Assembly: GCF_964194025.1 (NCBI RefSeq)
Contig: NC_134473.1
Coordinates: forward strand, 73,594,001 to 73,658,000
Length of the DNA stretch: 64,000 nt
DNA from: Convolutriloba macropyga
Lineage: Eukaryota
Direction: 5' to 3'
Made by a program: the position numbers and the translations under genes. Below are positions 49,171-62,109 of the stretch, piece by piece. Below the pieces are notes generated by a model. The model was given only the letters and a program-made list of their open reading frames with translations. It made no database searches and was not told where the DNA came from. The first letter of the stretch is position 1, and every line of letters begins with the position of its first letter.

Positions 49171-51029
49171 AGCTCTTCGCGATGTATTTCAAATTTCAAA
49201 TCAGTATGTGCGTTAAAAGAGTGAAAGAGTGATAACTTTTTCTGGCGACATAAACTTTTCTCTGCGGAACGCTACAATTTAATGACATCAGAAATAATTT
49301 TTGCTGGAAAAAACCTTGAAAAACCCTGAAAAAACATAAAGCTGATTGTACACGAGTTTGTTTTTGATTGCTCTTTAAAAAAATTTGTTGCAACTATTAA
49401 AGGCTTGTTGATCACCTTAAAATTTTCCGACAGATTCCCTTCCCTCATTCCACTTTCTAAGCAGTTTTTTCACGTTTGACCAATTATTTTTTACAAGCTC
49501 AAAAGTTCTCACCCCGAATTGAAAGCCTTTTGACTTCGTTGGCATAACTCGGTGCTAAATGTCAAAAGAAATGATTTCGTAAAATTGTAAGAAAACCTTC
49601 ATAAACCTTTTTTGAAGCCCCTGGTAATAATCGTTTAGGTAAAGCAGTTCAATTGTATATGACAACTATTTCTTGTGATTCAAGATCATTTTCTGGTTTT
49701 TCTGAAACTAATTGGTTATTTTGCAAATCGTGCATGATTGTTCTACGTGGCGAAGAGGATGAAGAAAGAGATTTAAACTAACTAGTAGACGCGTAATACA
49801 GAAAACTTTTTACATTTTTTTTACGGATTCATTTTAATTGCTCTCAAACAATGTTACTCTTAATCTGTTTCTAACGCACGGTTACGAGCACCATCTTTCT
49901 ATGTTCGGGATGAAAAAATTGTTTGGACTTTTAGTTGAAACCAATTATAAAGGTGAAATCTCATCCCCAACTACATCAACAACACCCAATCGTGTCTTAG
50001 CTAAGAAAGAGTTCATACGTATTTTTTTAAAACTGTAGGTCTTCTTAGGACATACTTCAGAATAAATTTTTTTTCTTCTGACCGTCTGTTTGTCAGACCA
50101 ATTCTCAGGAAGTTTTCAATTGCTCTCGAACGAATCTCGAAGAGGAGGATTGATTTTCTTGAGGTCTTTTTAGCGGAAGAAGTATTGGTTCAGAAGGCGT
50201 TTGACCTAATAGCGAACCTGAATGAGTTTGTCATCTGAACTAATTCTTAAGAAAAACTCTTCTTAAGACAGTTTTTTTAATCGTGCGCTGCTTTCATTGA
50301 ACGGTTTTTTGAAGTTGAAGGGTGTTTTTGTCAGAATCAAGCAAATAGATAACCTTTTTTGCCGTTGTTTTAAGCAATGTGGCCCTGTTTTCTTGTTTGT
50401 AATTTAATTTTTTGTAATAATAAATATTTTTAATGCTGCAATAATAGTAAAACCATTGAAAATGATATCACAGTTTTTTTTTAGAGATTCATAATGCATT
50501 TGAACTGCAAAAATGCGTCAAAATTCCTAATTTATTAGAGAACTCACGGCTTTTTTCACTAAGTTTGTCATTTTTGGATCCTCAAGCGAATTTATTTTCT
50601 AAAATAGGTGCTTATAGCATTGTGTTAATCCATTCGATAAGTCAGATAAAAAAATTAAAATTTGGTGGTCGTCATAAATAGCGATAAATAGTAAATAAGG
50701 TTTATTTCATTTGATATCAACTGGTGGAGATTGTAAGGCTTAAAAGAAAAGCTCATGTAGAAATTGTTAACGTATTTGTGGTAGGTTTCCACTAAAATTA
50801 ACAAATTTGGAAGATGAATACAATAAATAAGATTACTATAAGTTTAAAGTGAAATTGAGCTGGAAATGTGCCATGAATGAGTGACAATTTAATTAATATG
50901 CAACGAAATGAAATGAACGGAATTAAAACTGGAAATGTGTCACAAATTAATGAATATGCAAAGGAACGAACTTAAATTTAAAGATTCACAATAAGTTTGA
51001 GATTTAGATAGCTAGTCTGAATCAAAGAC

Positions 51030-54000
51030 TTTTAAATTTTTCGATTTTCTGCCTCAAATACGGACATGCTAACTTCCCGTTTATATTCCAAATAATCGTA
51101 ATCTGGAGGAGAAGTGGTCTTGGGTCTATTCTCGGATCTTGCGTCTCTCTCGGATTTTTTCAAGTAAGTGGTTTTTTCGTACAGTACTTAATTGCCATAC
51201 GCTTCACCGTGAGAGTATACACTTTTACCGTGAGATGGATTTCGCTTTGCAAAATGCGCATTAGTTTGTATATATGATTTGGCGGCGCTGAATAAAAGAG
51301 AATGAAGCAACTGATTTTGAATTAAGAACTAAGAAGAATAAAAATGAAGTGGTAGTAAACAAATGGAATCAGGTCAACAGACGTGTCAGATCACAAAGTG
51401 TGAAAAACTAATCAACTGATTAAAAAGCAACTTGAAGCGGGAAATTTTAACTCTTGACTAATGGTGAAATAAGAACGACGGACTAACCGGAATACGAACT
51501 AAATTATAAAATCGTTTCAAATTTTAATGACGTCTTCTTCGGGCGTCTGTTCTTCTGATCTGCTAAGACCCAAGCTCGCAGATCAGGAAGTTATACAGTT
51601 CCGATGATTGGCGATTAATATTTCTTCGGGAATTTGCTCAGCAGTTGATTGAACGGTTTCCACCAGGTTTGGTCGCCAAACAATTCCCACGTCACCTGCT
51701 CTACGTGGTTTTTTTGGTGATGACAAAGTTTCTGTGTCTTTAGAGGGGTGCTTAAACCCATAGGATGATGGGCTTCGACGGTTTTGACCTTAAAACCGTT
51801 TTCTTTGCTTATGACTATGAAGTCGACCGAACATGTTGCAACGCTGACGCTGGGGCATTCGGAGAGGGGATTATGAGTTCGCTTGGCGAATCCGGGTTAG
51901 TTACTTCTTGTTGATTTTGAAGTGCAGAAAATTTCGGCAGTTTGAGGATGCGGACTCGCTTGTGTTTCATATTCTCATCACCTTTCAGTTTTCAGGTGTG
52001 TTCCTTAATATGACTTTGGATCCGTTCCTCGACTAATTTTTCGCAATTACGCGGTCCTCGACGGTCATGATACACTTTTTGGTTTGTCTGGCTCTCTTTT
52101 TGAGTACCGATTTTTGCAATATTGCTTTTGCGGACAGTCACGATCGCTTTCCCCGGTTTTTTTATTGTGGAACTTCTCGGGCTAACTTTCGGGATATGTG
52201 ATCCAAGTGCCAGCACTTCGTACAATCCTTCTAGATTTTTCTTTGACATGCTTTTCCACTGCATTTTACGGGATAGCTTCACTTGCACCAGGCGTTCCAA
52301 TAGGGTTATTGGTCTGCACAGCGCGGTACGAAAACAATCTTGATTTGAGATCCGTGCTGTTCCGCTCTCGGTCATTAGTGCCTCTGGTTGCTGTTGTCAT
52401 CACTTTCTCGAACTCGATATGGCTACTGTAGAAATTCTTCCACTTATCATCGGAAAGGACGCTTTCGGGTGTGACGGCGTCTGCATCTAAGTAACAGTTT
52501 ATAGTTTTCTCGTAAGAGAGATTAGACAATTTAGGTGTAGTACAAATTACGTTCAGCAGGGTATTAAGTTTTCCACCAAAGTGTGCTTCAAAGGGCGAAA
52601 TCTTCGTTGTTTTCTGTTTACATATTTGAAGTTGGCGATTAATGATCTTTAGTGCATGCTTTCTGTAGAACGAATTTGTAGCCGATTTTTTTCGTTGATA
52701 AATTTGGGTCTTCTGAATTTTCTGTATTAGTCTTTCTACCAGTTCAATAGCTCGATGATTGTTGATAGGAGCTTCAAAAATTTCAATTTTAATCTTGCAA
52801 CAGAAAGTCTGTACTTGATGTCCCACAAGACATTTTGCTTGATCCAAACGAATGGAACGTGGTGTTTCTTGATTTTCAATATCCATGTCCAAAAAACTTT
52901 GTACATTAGGACATTTGTTTTTTGAAATATGCACGCAGTGTGGAATTCAGAAAAATGATCTATTGCTGCGAGGAAGTATGTTTTATGCCCTTTTTCTTCA
53001 AAGATAGCTCCACCAAAATCAATTTGTGTTTCCTGGTTCTGATAAGCACACGGTATATGAGAGTAAAATTGCTTAGCGGGAATTTTTGATTTAAGGTTTT
53101 TACCAATTGTTGTGCAGGGTTTACATTCAGCTGATCTGACGATCAATTTGTTATTCATGTAAAGCCACCAGCAATGTGTAGTCATACATATCTTTCCCCA
53201 GGTACCTGGTTGGCTTGCATGAAGATCATCGATAAGCGTTTCCCGCAAACCATTTGGTATTGCTATCTTTTCGTCTATGCAGACGCAATCGGAACGCACA
53301 TGAAGATCCCGCCAAAACAGATCAACACACGGGTTTAATTTCTTTATTCTGTCTTCATTATTGGTGAGAATGCAGTCATGCACCTCTTTAAGGACAGCAT
53401 CTTTACTCGTTAGGGACGCTATCAACGACTTGCTAAAAACTTTCCCTATTATATTGTCGAGGGATGTATTTGCGGACTAGGTATGTGCTGATGTTTGAGG
53501 ACGCCGTTAGAAGTATTGGTGTAGTATGTGTAAAGGGTGGATTTGCTGTGCGGGAAGAGTATCCAGAACGATTTCTTGAAATTCGTTTTTTGGGAGGCAT
53601 AATGATTTGATTTATTGAGTTTGAAATCGTTTGTTCAGAATTTTGAAGAAAGTTGAGATGTGGTTTCGAAACATTTTTAGTTGATTGATTTTGAGAGAGG
53701 GATTGGGCAAAAAGCACTTATTTTAGTCTTGGCGATTGAGTTATGAAAATAAGCTTTGAATGTTTATTAATTAGCGCGATATTAGATTGAACAGAATTGC
53801 GTTTCTCGCCTCGCGGTGATCATTACCTTCTGAGTTTTGCGTGAAAGCTTAGAGTGAGATTTATTTTGTTTACCGAGTGTGGTGTTAATTGGTATTTGCG
53901 ACGCGGGGTAGGCATACTTAGAATTGTTTGCATTATAAATGGCATTTGTCAATGGATTTCTTTTATAGGAGATAATTGAAATTCATGTGTGTATAAGTGA

Positions 54001-57000
54001 GTGTTAAATGTGCTAACTGTATTTGTTGAATTCATGATATGTTCACTCTTAGTTGTGATTCGCGATGCGAGACGAGTCACAAATCGGTTTCTATTAATTC
54101 TTTTCTAGGCAGCTACAATGATTTTGTCTGTTGAGTTTGAATTAACTTGTTCAACATTTTGATGAAAAATGAGGTTTGGTTTGAAAACAATTTTAGTTGA
54201 GTGATATTGAGAGTTAGATTGGGCAAAAGTCATAGATTTTGTTCTTGGTGATTGATTCTTCAAAATATGCTTGGAATGTCTTTTAATCTGCGGGGAAATT
54301 AGGTTTAAAAAATTGCGTTTCTCGCCCCACGAAATACTTCACATTCTGACTTTGGAGAGAATGCTTGAAGTGAGATGTATTTTGTTTAGCGAGTGCGGTG
54401 TTAATTGCCATTTGCGACGCGGGGTAGGCATATATAGAAATTTCTGCATTACTTTGGTATTTGTCAAAGGATTTTTTTTGCAGGAATAAACCAAAATTCA
54501 TGTGTGTAAAAATGAGTGTTAATTGTGCTAACTGTGTTTATTGAATTCATGACGTGTTTACTATTAGTTGTGATTTGCGGTGCGGAATCATGTGTTTCAG
54601 CAAATTGTGTAAATTACAAGGTAAAAGTCTATCTACTCAACGAGTCAGGCGGCTGTTGTAGGACTTATTTGATCGATTTCCTTTCAAGATCAAAAAGGGC
54701 GCTCTGTGATCTGTGATAACTTTTTATTGCTTATCATACAAAAAGTTGTTAATTTATTCAATAGACCAAACTGCACTTAGTAGTTTCTGTTTACTGACGC
54801 TGTATCTCTCTTTACAAGAGTTCAGTAATTTAGAACTAAAAGCGATCGGTTTCCGCCCGCCCACTGTTAATTGTTCAAGGGCAACGCCGAGCCCGGATTG
54901 GGCAGCATCACATTTTACTCGCATTTCAAGTTGCGGGTTGTAAAGACAATTTTCAGTTGCATTTGCAATGCGTTTTGTTATTTCAAAAAAAAAGAGTTTT
55001 TTTATTCAGTCCAAATCAATGTAGTAGATTTTTTCAATAATGGGCGTAACGGATGACTTATTTGGGCAAGATTCGGAAAAAATTTGCTTATGTAGTGCAC
55101 TGAACCAAGAAAAGTACCGAGTTTCTTCACTGTTTTTAGTGCTCCAATTGACAAAATTGCAGATGTTTTACTTTCGATAGGCAATATACCCCATTCTGAG
55201 GTATGATAACTAAGCCACTCAAATTTTAAATTAGCAAAATGGAGTTTGAAAGATTAATTCTATGGTTTTCTGCTGATCCTTGCTTTCAATTAGAATATCG
55301 TCGAGGAAGCAATATGTAACTTTTAGTCCTATAAAGCAAAATTCATGGCCTTTGAATTTCTGATGGCATAGCTTTGAGACCATAAAATGCAGTTTGATAT
55401 CTGTAGGTGCCTATCATATCACAGCTTGTTATATTGAAATTACAATCATCAGCTGTATCAGGGTCTAAACTTAACTGGCTGTACTCATTATTAACATCTA
55501 ATGTAGAAAAAAGTGTGGTCCTTTTTGACGCAGGATCACTAATTTGTTGAGATAGGAATTTGAGTAGCGTATATACGTTCGGTATTTGATACTTGTTTTT
55601 GTGAATAGTTTTGTTGATTAATTTTGAATCAATTGCAATTTTTGTTGACTGGTGTTTTTCAACAGTGACTACAGTTGGTGAAATGAAATATTGGTTAGGG
55701 CATTTTTTATGTTTTTATACATTTTTCGACCAGCATTTTTTAATTCGTTATTAACTTTATCTTGTAAAATTTTTGGTTTGCGTCTCCCTTTTTGATGTCG
55801 ATGTGAATAATTTTTGTGAACTTTAGATTTTGCAGCGTAATTTTTTCATTGTCCAATTCGAATTATTAGACCGGGAAATTAAAAGGCTATCTGTTCTTTA
55901 GAATTCGGAATATGGTGAGATGTTGTTAATTTGATTACCTTCTTCTGAGGAAGATTGTGTAACTGTAAGTCTTAACTGATCAAAAAGAACGCAGCCGAGG
56001 ACGTCGCAGCTGTAGTTTGCCATCCGTTGCTAGTTTTTGATGCTTGGATTCTATCCTCAATCAGGATTGGTTCGTCTGAGAAGGTCTGCAATTGAGATTT
56101 TTTGTTTTTTCGTACACAGATTGCAAGCGGACTGATGTTAATCACTCGGGTCGCCAGTGACAGATATAAAACGATACATGCACTTCCGGAGTTGACAAGT
56201 AGAGTTGTGCAAATTTTACCAACTTTCCTGGGCGTGTTCTGGGGTTCCATTTTCTCGAGATCATTATGAATTGTAGCCAACATCTTATCATCGCCTCTAC
56301 TGTAGTCAGATTCGTAAAATTTTTATAATTGCAGGACGTTAACGGAGTCCTCAGGATGGGTTCTTCATCTATGGTAATAACTGACCTTCCCTTTGGGTTG
56401 TGGGGTTTCTGTTTTTTTTGTTTAAGACTTTAGCGAAAAGGTTTAGCAAACCACCGTATTTGCAAGTTTTACCTTCTAAGATGCATTTGTCCCCGTGATT
56501 AGTGAGCCAATTTTCCCCACAATTTGAACAATAGAGAGGAAGGTGGATGCCTTGCTATTGAAAACTGTTCGAAAGTGATCAATTAGAAAAGCGGGTGCTG
56601 GGTGGATTTTGAATTGCATTTACGCTGGCCGGAAGGAGAATCTTGTTGTGTTGTTGAGTTTTAAGCTCATTTGGCATTTCGATTTTCATGTATATTGCTA
56701 ACTTTATCGCTTTTCGCGGCTATACTGTTTGTTTGAGGAGTTCTTTTTGGATTTCGATTTCAATTAGAATGGTGATGAAACCTTCTCTGATCAGGGTTTT
56801 TTCTTTTTCTCAAAATTACAATTTTTGGCCAATTCCATTAGTTTTCCAGAGAAATGCTCAACGTTTTCGCCCACCAGTCGCTTTTTGATGAGATGAGGAA
56901 GACGTGTCTGTCAAAAGTGATATTTTTCGGTTTGATGAACGCGTCTTCTACAATTTTGCCGAATTTGGCCGTTTTTGGAGTGTCGATCATGATGTCAGGA

Positions 57001-57760
57001 TTTTTGCAGTTAAGAATTGTGCATCCCTCTACGCCAATGCTCAGGTAGAGAAGGAAGACTTGTTTTTTGATCCGCAAGTGGCCAAGGTTAATCTCTGCAC
57101 ATTATCCCAAATTCAAAAAATTTTTCGCATTTTTCTTCTGCCAATTCATCTTTTGTTGTGCATTTCGGACATTGTGTTCCCGCTCTGATTGCGCTTAAAT
57201 TCCAGTAAATTGCTTGTATATTGGTTCCAGTGGAAGCTCTACAATTTCGACTTTCGGGCCGAGAAATGTATCGAATAGGATGCTTTCTTCAGCAAACACG
57301 GCCAGTTCAAACTCTACCCTCCAATTCTCCAACCGATGGGGGTGGGTTGGGTGCAGGCTTATAAAAGAAGGCGTCGATTCCTAGTGGGAATTTTTTTGTT
57401 TGCTGGCTGCGCTTTGTCGTATTTCACTTAATTGGAGTCCGCCATGCGAGTAAACACTAATACTTTGATGTTGATTTCGCTGGTTGAAATATGTTTTTAA
57501 TTTTGACTTGATTTTGCGGAGCGAATCAAAGAGAACGAAGCAACTGATTTTGAATTAAGAAATAAGTAGAATAAAAAGTGAAGTGATTGTCATTAAATGG
57601 GATCAGGTGAACAGACGTGTCCGATCGCGAGGCGGGAAAAACTAATCAACTGATTAAAAAGCAACATGAAGCGGGAAACGTAAAATAATGTCTAGAGACG
57701 AAATAAGAACTATGGACAAATCAAAAAATGAATTAATTTAAAACATCGTCTTAATTTGTA
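51030..57760 (-). mobile_element. Decayed Ty3/Gypsy retrotransposon 1
   Basis: Order gag (ATG 57445) - PR (LLVNSGS ~56190) - RT (FLDD-like ~55300; FLGSVHYISKF) - partial RNaseH - IN (H-H-CxxC, QIDF, AIDHFS, SIRLDQ, SPFEAHFG; 52270-53430). No TG...CA LTR pair recognised. Confidence 0.85.
53600..54590. repeat. Old ~516-bp tandem duplication between RNaseH and integrase
   Basis: Anchors gattgggcaaaa (53701/54218), gcgacgcggggtaggcata (~53898/54414) and attcatgtgtgta (53981/54497). Confidence 0.8.
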
Positions 57761-57779
57761 CTGCACTAAATATTGTGAA

Positions 57780-60700
57780 AAATTAATAATAAATATACAG
57801 CTATCACACGTATGTTGGCCAATTTTTTCTTCATTTGTTTTCTCGTATGGAAGAGGTCTGTGTTGAGCGTGTTTCTCGCCGCTTTTGTGCCAAATTTGGC
57901 AATGTCGTTAATCCCGACTGTGACTTCAGGGACTCCGAGCACTCTGAAAGCCGTAGTTTTTGGAGAAGTGCGGGTCACTGCGCTTCAAGGAGCAAGGGAA
58001 TCCCACAAACTTCGAAGATCTTTCTTAGATCGCTTTGTCACCTTCCTCAATAATTTCGGCTCCAACGATTTATCTGTGCAGGTAATCGAATTGGTGAGTT
58101 TTGGCTGTAACAAATATCTGGATACTGATTTGTTATTATAAACCCTATACCGTTGTTCTGCGTCTACTAGGCTGCGTGTAATGGCCTCTTCAATTATGAT
58201 GTCGCTTCTTTCTGCCGAGACCCATCCCTCGCCATTCAAATAATCTGCTACTGGAACTGTATATGCGTCTCAATAATGATTATCAATTGGTTCATATGTT
58301 AAATTTGTTGAGTTTGGAGTTTTATTTACGTTACTAGTGGTGTTTTGGTTTCCTGCCAAAATGTGCTTGGAAAGGTTTTACGTTTGTTTTCTTTTGCTTA
58401 CAAATGCGTAATTGATACACTATTGATTTTATTGATTCTTTTCTTGTGAATGTGTTGGATATATTTGCTAGTTTCATACAACCTAAGCACCGTTAAATAG
58501 AATGTATCAATCGATCTACTAATCCGATAGCTCGGTGGTCCTTTGCAGGTGCAGTTAATGCGTTTTTATTATGTTTGGAAAACTTTAACTATATTTCTTT
58601 CTAAACATTGAGATTGATCTAAATGCTTTTTTCGTGGTGCTCCATGAATTATATTGTACTCAGCAAAAATTTTTACATTGTTGAGACCGTTGGTTTTGTC
58701 GAAAAAGTCTACTGTTGGATATTTTGAGAAACGATCTATACAATCCAGAGAATATATATCTTGATCTCTTTCATTCGTAACCGGTCCTCCCACAATCTAT
58801 TTGTTTTTCTTCATTAAGTTGAGAACAATTTTCATGTCGTTTCAATTTTGATGCAGGGATTACCGGTTTAAATTTCTGCCTATATCCGAATAGGGTCTAT
58901 TGTTGGCTGCCTTATTCAATATCTCGCGATGCATGTAGGCCAAAAACAGTACTGGTCAAAGTAAATCTTTCTCCATTCTCCTGGATTGGTTAGGCGGAGG
59001 GAATCCCGAACTGTTTCCTATATCCACTTTGGATTCGCTACTTCTTCATCGATGCAAACACACTCCGACCGTACGTGCAGGTTGCGCCAGAATGAGTGCA
59101 TACAGGAGTTAAAATCCTTGCACCGTTAGTCATCGTTCTGTAAGATTCAGTCAGGTAAATCTTTGAGGACAGCACTTTTTGCTGTGAGGACCACCTGGAA
59201 GCCTTTGATGAAAAATTGAGTCAAGTCATTCCCAAACACTTCTTTTTTAAGAGTTCAGAATTGGGAGTCGTTTATCCCTCGTTCGAAGAACGGGTTGTAT
59301 TTACATTTTAATTTGGGTTGGATTGGAATTTCACTACATTTTAATTTCGATTTGCGGAAGAAGTCTCAGGTCACAAATATTGTTGCTCATATTAAGTTTC
59401 TATCTATGGATTTGTGCAGCGTTTGCGGAGAGAGAAATCAGCAACAGTTTTGTAGGAAAATTCAGGGTTAAAAGCTATTCAGAACTTTTTGTGTGCTGAG
59501 TATTAGTGGAACGAGGGGAATGCGCCTAGTTTACTGCATTAATGAGCTGTGATTGACAATTGGGTGGTGTGGAGTTTATATAAATTGCTTCAATCGCGTC
59601 ACATATACGGGTAATTGTTGCAACCGGAAGTTCCTCCTCATTTAGGTCACCCAAATTATGAGACGAATATTATATGATTTATTAGATCAATATTGTTTTG
59701 TAATTGACAGTAAAGCTCTATGATCGGTAATGACAGTAAAATATTTCCCAATTATATAATTTTTGAAATATTACTCAGCAAAGACTACCCCCAAGAGATT
59801 TAGTTCATTGTTCATTGACACTATATCGTTCCTCATTGCTGTTAAGGAAACGTGATCCTATTGTATGCCAGTTTGTTGGTGATCGTTGTTCTAATGCAAC
59901 ATCTGAACTTGGGCAAGATAAATCGCATTTTTTTCCAGTTGTGGATTGTATTACGTTTTTTTGTTTGTAATTGCTACCATTTTCTAATGTGTTGATTTTT
60001 TTCATTATTCCATTCAAATTTCGTGTTCTTTTTTAAACGAGGACGTGGTGGATAAACTGGTTGTGACATTTTTGGAGTGGGTTTTCCCAAATAATGTACT
60101 GGGCCTCAGAATGAACGTAACTGTTTAAGATTTTAAGGTAGATTTACAATTCCTGAACTTTTTGGTTCTAATGGGGAGATGCCTGATTGATTAATTTTTT
60201 AGCCATTCTTTGCAAAGTGACACCTAAGTAAGTTTATTCTAAGGTTATCGTCGCCAATTTTTTATTACATTGATAGAATAACTTTGGAAGTTCCTCTTTA
60301 GTTCCCCGATTAAAAACAAGTTTATCATCAAGGAAGCAACGTTTCCTCTTAAATCTAACTGGAGTATATTCTATCACGTTTTGAAATGCCACTGGAATGT
60401 CATTCAGAACGTATAAACCGATTAAAAAAACCTCTATGTACCTGTACATTTGCCACCTATTATATCAAAGTTGAAATGGCGAGACGTTACTGGGTCGAAA
60501 TTCCGTTGATTGTAAGTGTTTTTCATGTCAAGTGTTTTAAAGTATGCAGTCTTATTTGATGCGTTCTCATTTATGTTTGTTCGATAGTCTCTATTAGATT
60601 TTCAGTAATAGTCATCTGGTATTCCTTTTTATAAATAGACTTATTTAGTGTTTTGGAATCCAATGCAAGTTTTTTAGTTTCATATCGTTTCACAGTAATG

Positions 60701-62100
60701 ACAATAGGAGATCAGTATTTAGTAATGGTTGAAGGTTAACTGGTACTCGTCGGCGTTTCTTGTGACGGATGTTTTTATGAAATGTCGAATTGAGAGTTTG
60801 TTTGCGATACTTAACGATAAGGGAGATCAGGGCAGGAAAATCAAGTGCTAATTGTTGCTTTTTTGCACTGAATTTTGATTAACATTTATTAATAGTTTCG
60901 ATTGATTTACAGAGAGTCCTAGCTGAAAAAAAATATCACGTAGAGTGATTGGTCGATGATACTACGACTGTTACTTTAAAATTTTTAGCCGACGAGTCGT
61001 TGCATTTTACTGTAGTGTTGATGGCGCCAACTATCTTGATTACAACAATTGAGGATGTTTTTAAGTCTTGAATTCCTGACGGCTCTAAACACTAGTTTTA
61101 CTTGTTGTTCATAACCACTGCAAATCGCGAGATTTTCATGGATAATTGTGCAGACGCTGCCGGGATCCACTAATGTTGTCGTCTCAATGTTGCCGAAATG
61201 TAAATGTACAATGATTTGTTTTACCTCCCCAAAGTTGACGTTCAAGGTAATCAGTCGCAGTCTGCATCGTAGAGATTGTGCTTCTTAGCACGCTTTTGAT
61301 TTGATTGACTTATTAACCTACCGATGGTGACGTTCCTTCTGTACTGGTTTCATTTTTTATATCTTCTACATTGTTGAATCTAGGTTTTGTTTCATAGTGT
61401 TCTTTTGGTTTGGGCTTTTTGCGAAGTGATTTTTGAAAACACACTTTTTGTTTGCAAGCTTCTCATTGTGCTGGACAACTTTGGGCATAGCCAGAAGAGC
61501 ACGTATAGCAGCAGCAAGGACATTGAATGGATTTGTATTTATTTGGATTAGTCGTGGGGTTGTTCCACGTTTTATGAATGTTGTTAGCCGACGGGTTAAC
61601 GTTTGAACTGGACATCGTTTAGGCAGAGGTTTTCGAAATTATGTATTGATATTGTCAACTCTTTTTTGCATTAATGTCTAGTTCTAACGCTTTCTTAGCA
61701 GATTGTGAAGGTAGATTTACTTTATACGGATTGCGTTGCGTAGAATGTTGATTATATTCCTTTTTTCACAATGATTGTTCACTTCAGAATGATTCGCTTC
61801 TTTCCCATCAGAGTGGGAGTTTCCAAATGGGTTCAAACCCAACAAGGGTACTTTCTTTTGGTGGCGATTGCACCATTTGATACTCTGTTTGGTAGGTTAT
61901 CAATTGTAACTCTAATGCTGCCTAATTCTGACGAACTGGATTCGGGGCAAAAATCCGTATTTAGATGTGACACTTGAGGTCTCTGCTCATTGAAATAGTA
62001 GTGGAAAGCTGACGCAAATTCACACAGAGAATTTACCTTGGAGAGCTGCTAAGCTTCCACTTAAAAATATTTTGCCCCCAAGAGTTAAAGTTCATAAAGT
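57780..62100 (-). mobile_element. Decayed Ty3/Gypsy retrotransposon 2 (related lineage, 3'-truncated)
   Basis: PR LVDPGS ~61165; RT FLDD ~60335; RNaseH SRFLNSNEERYSVNE and ITDHRAL ~59720-59860; IN CIDRFSKYP ~58730. Confidence 0.85.
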
Positions 62101-62109
62101 TAGAGTTGT

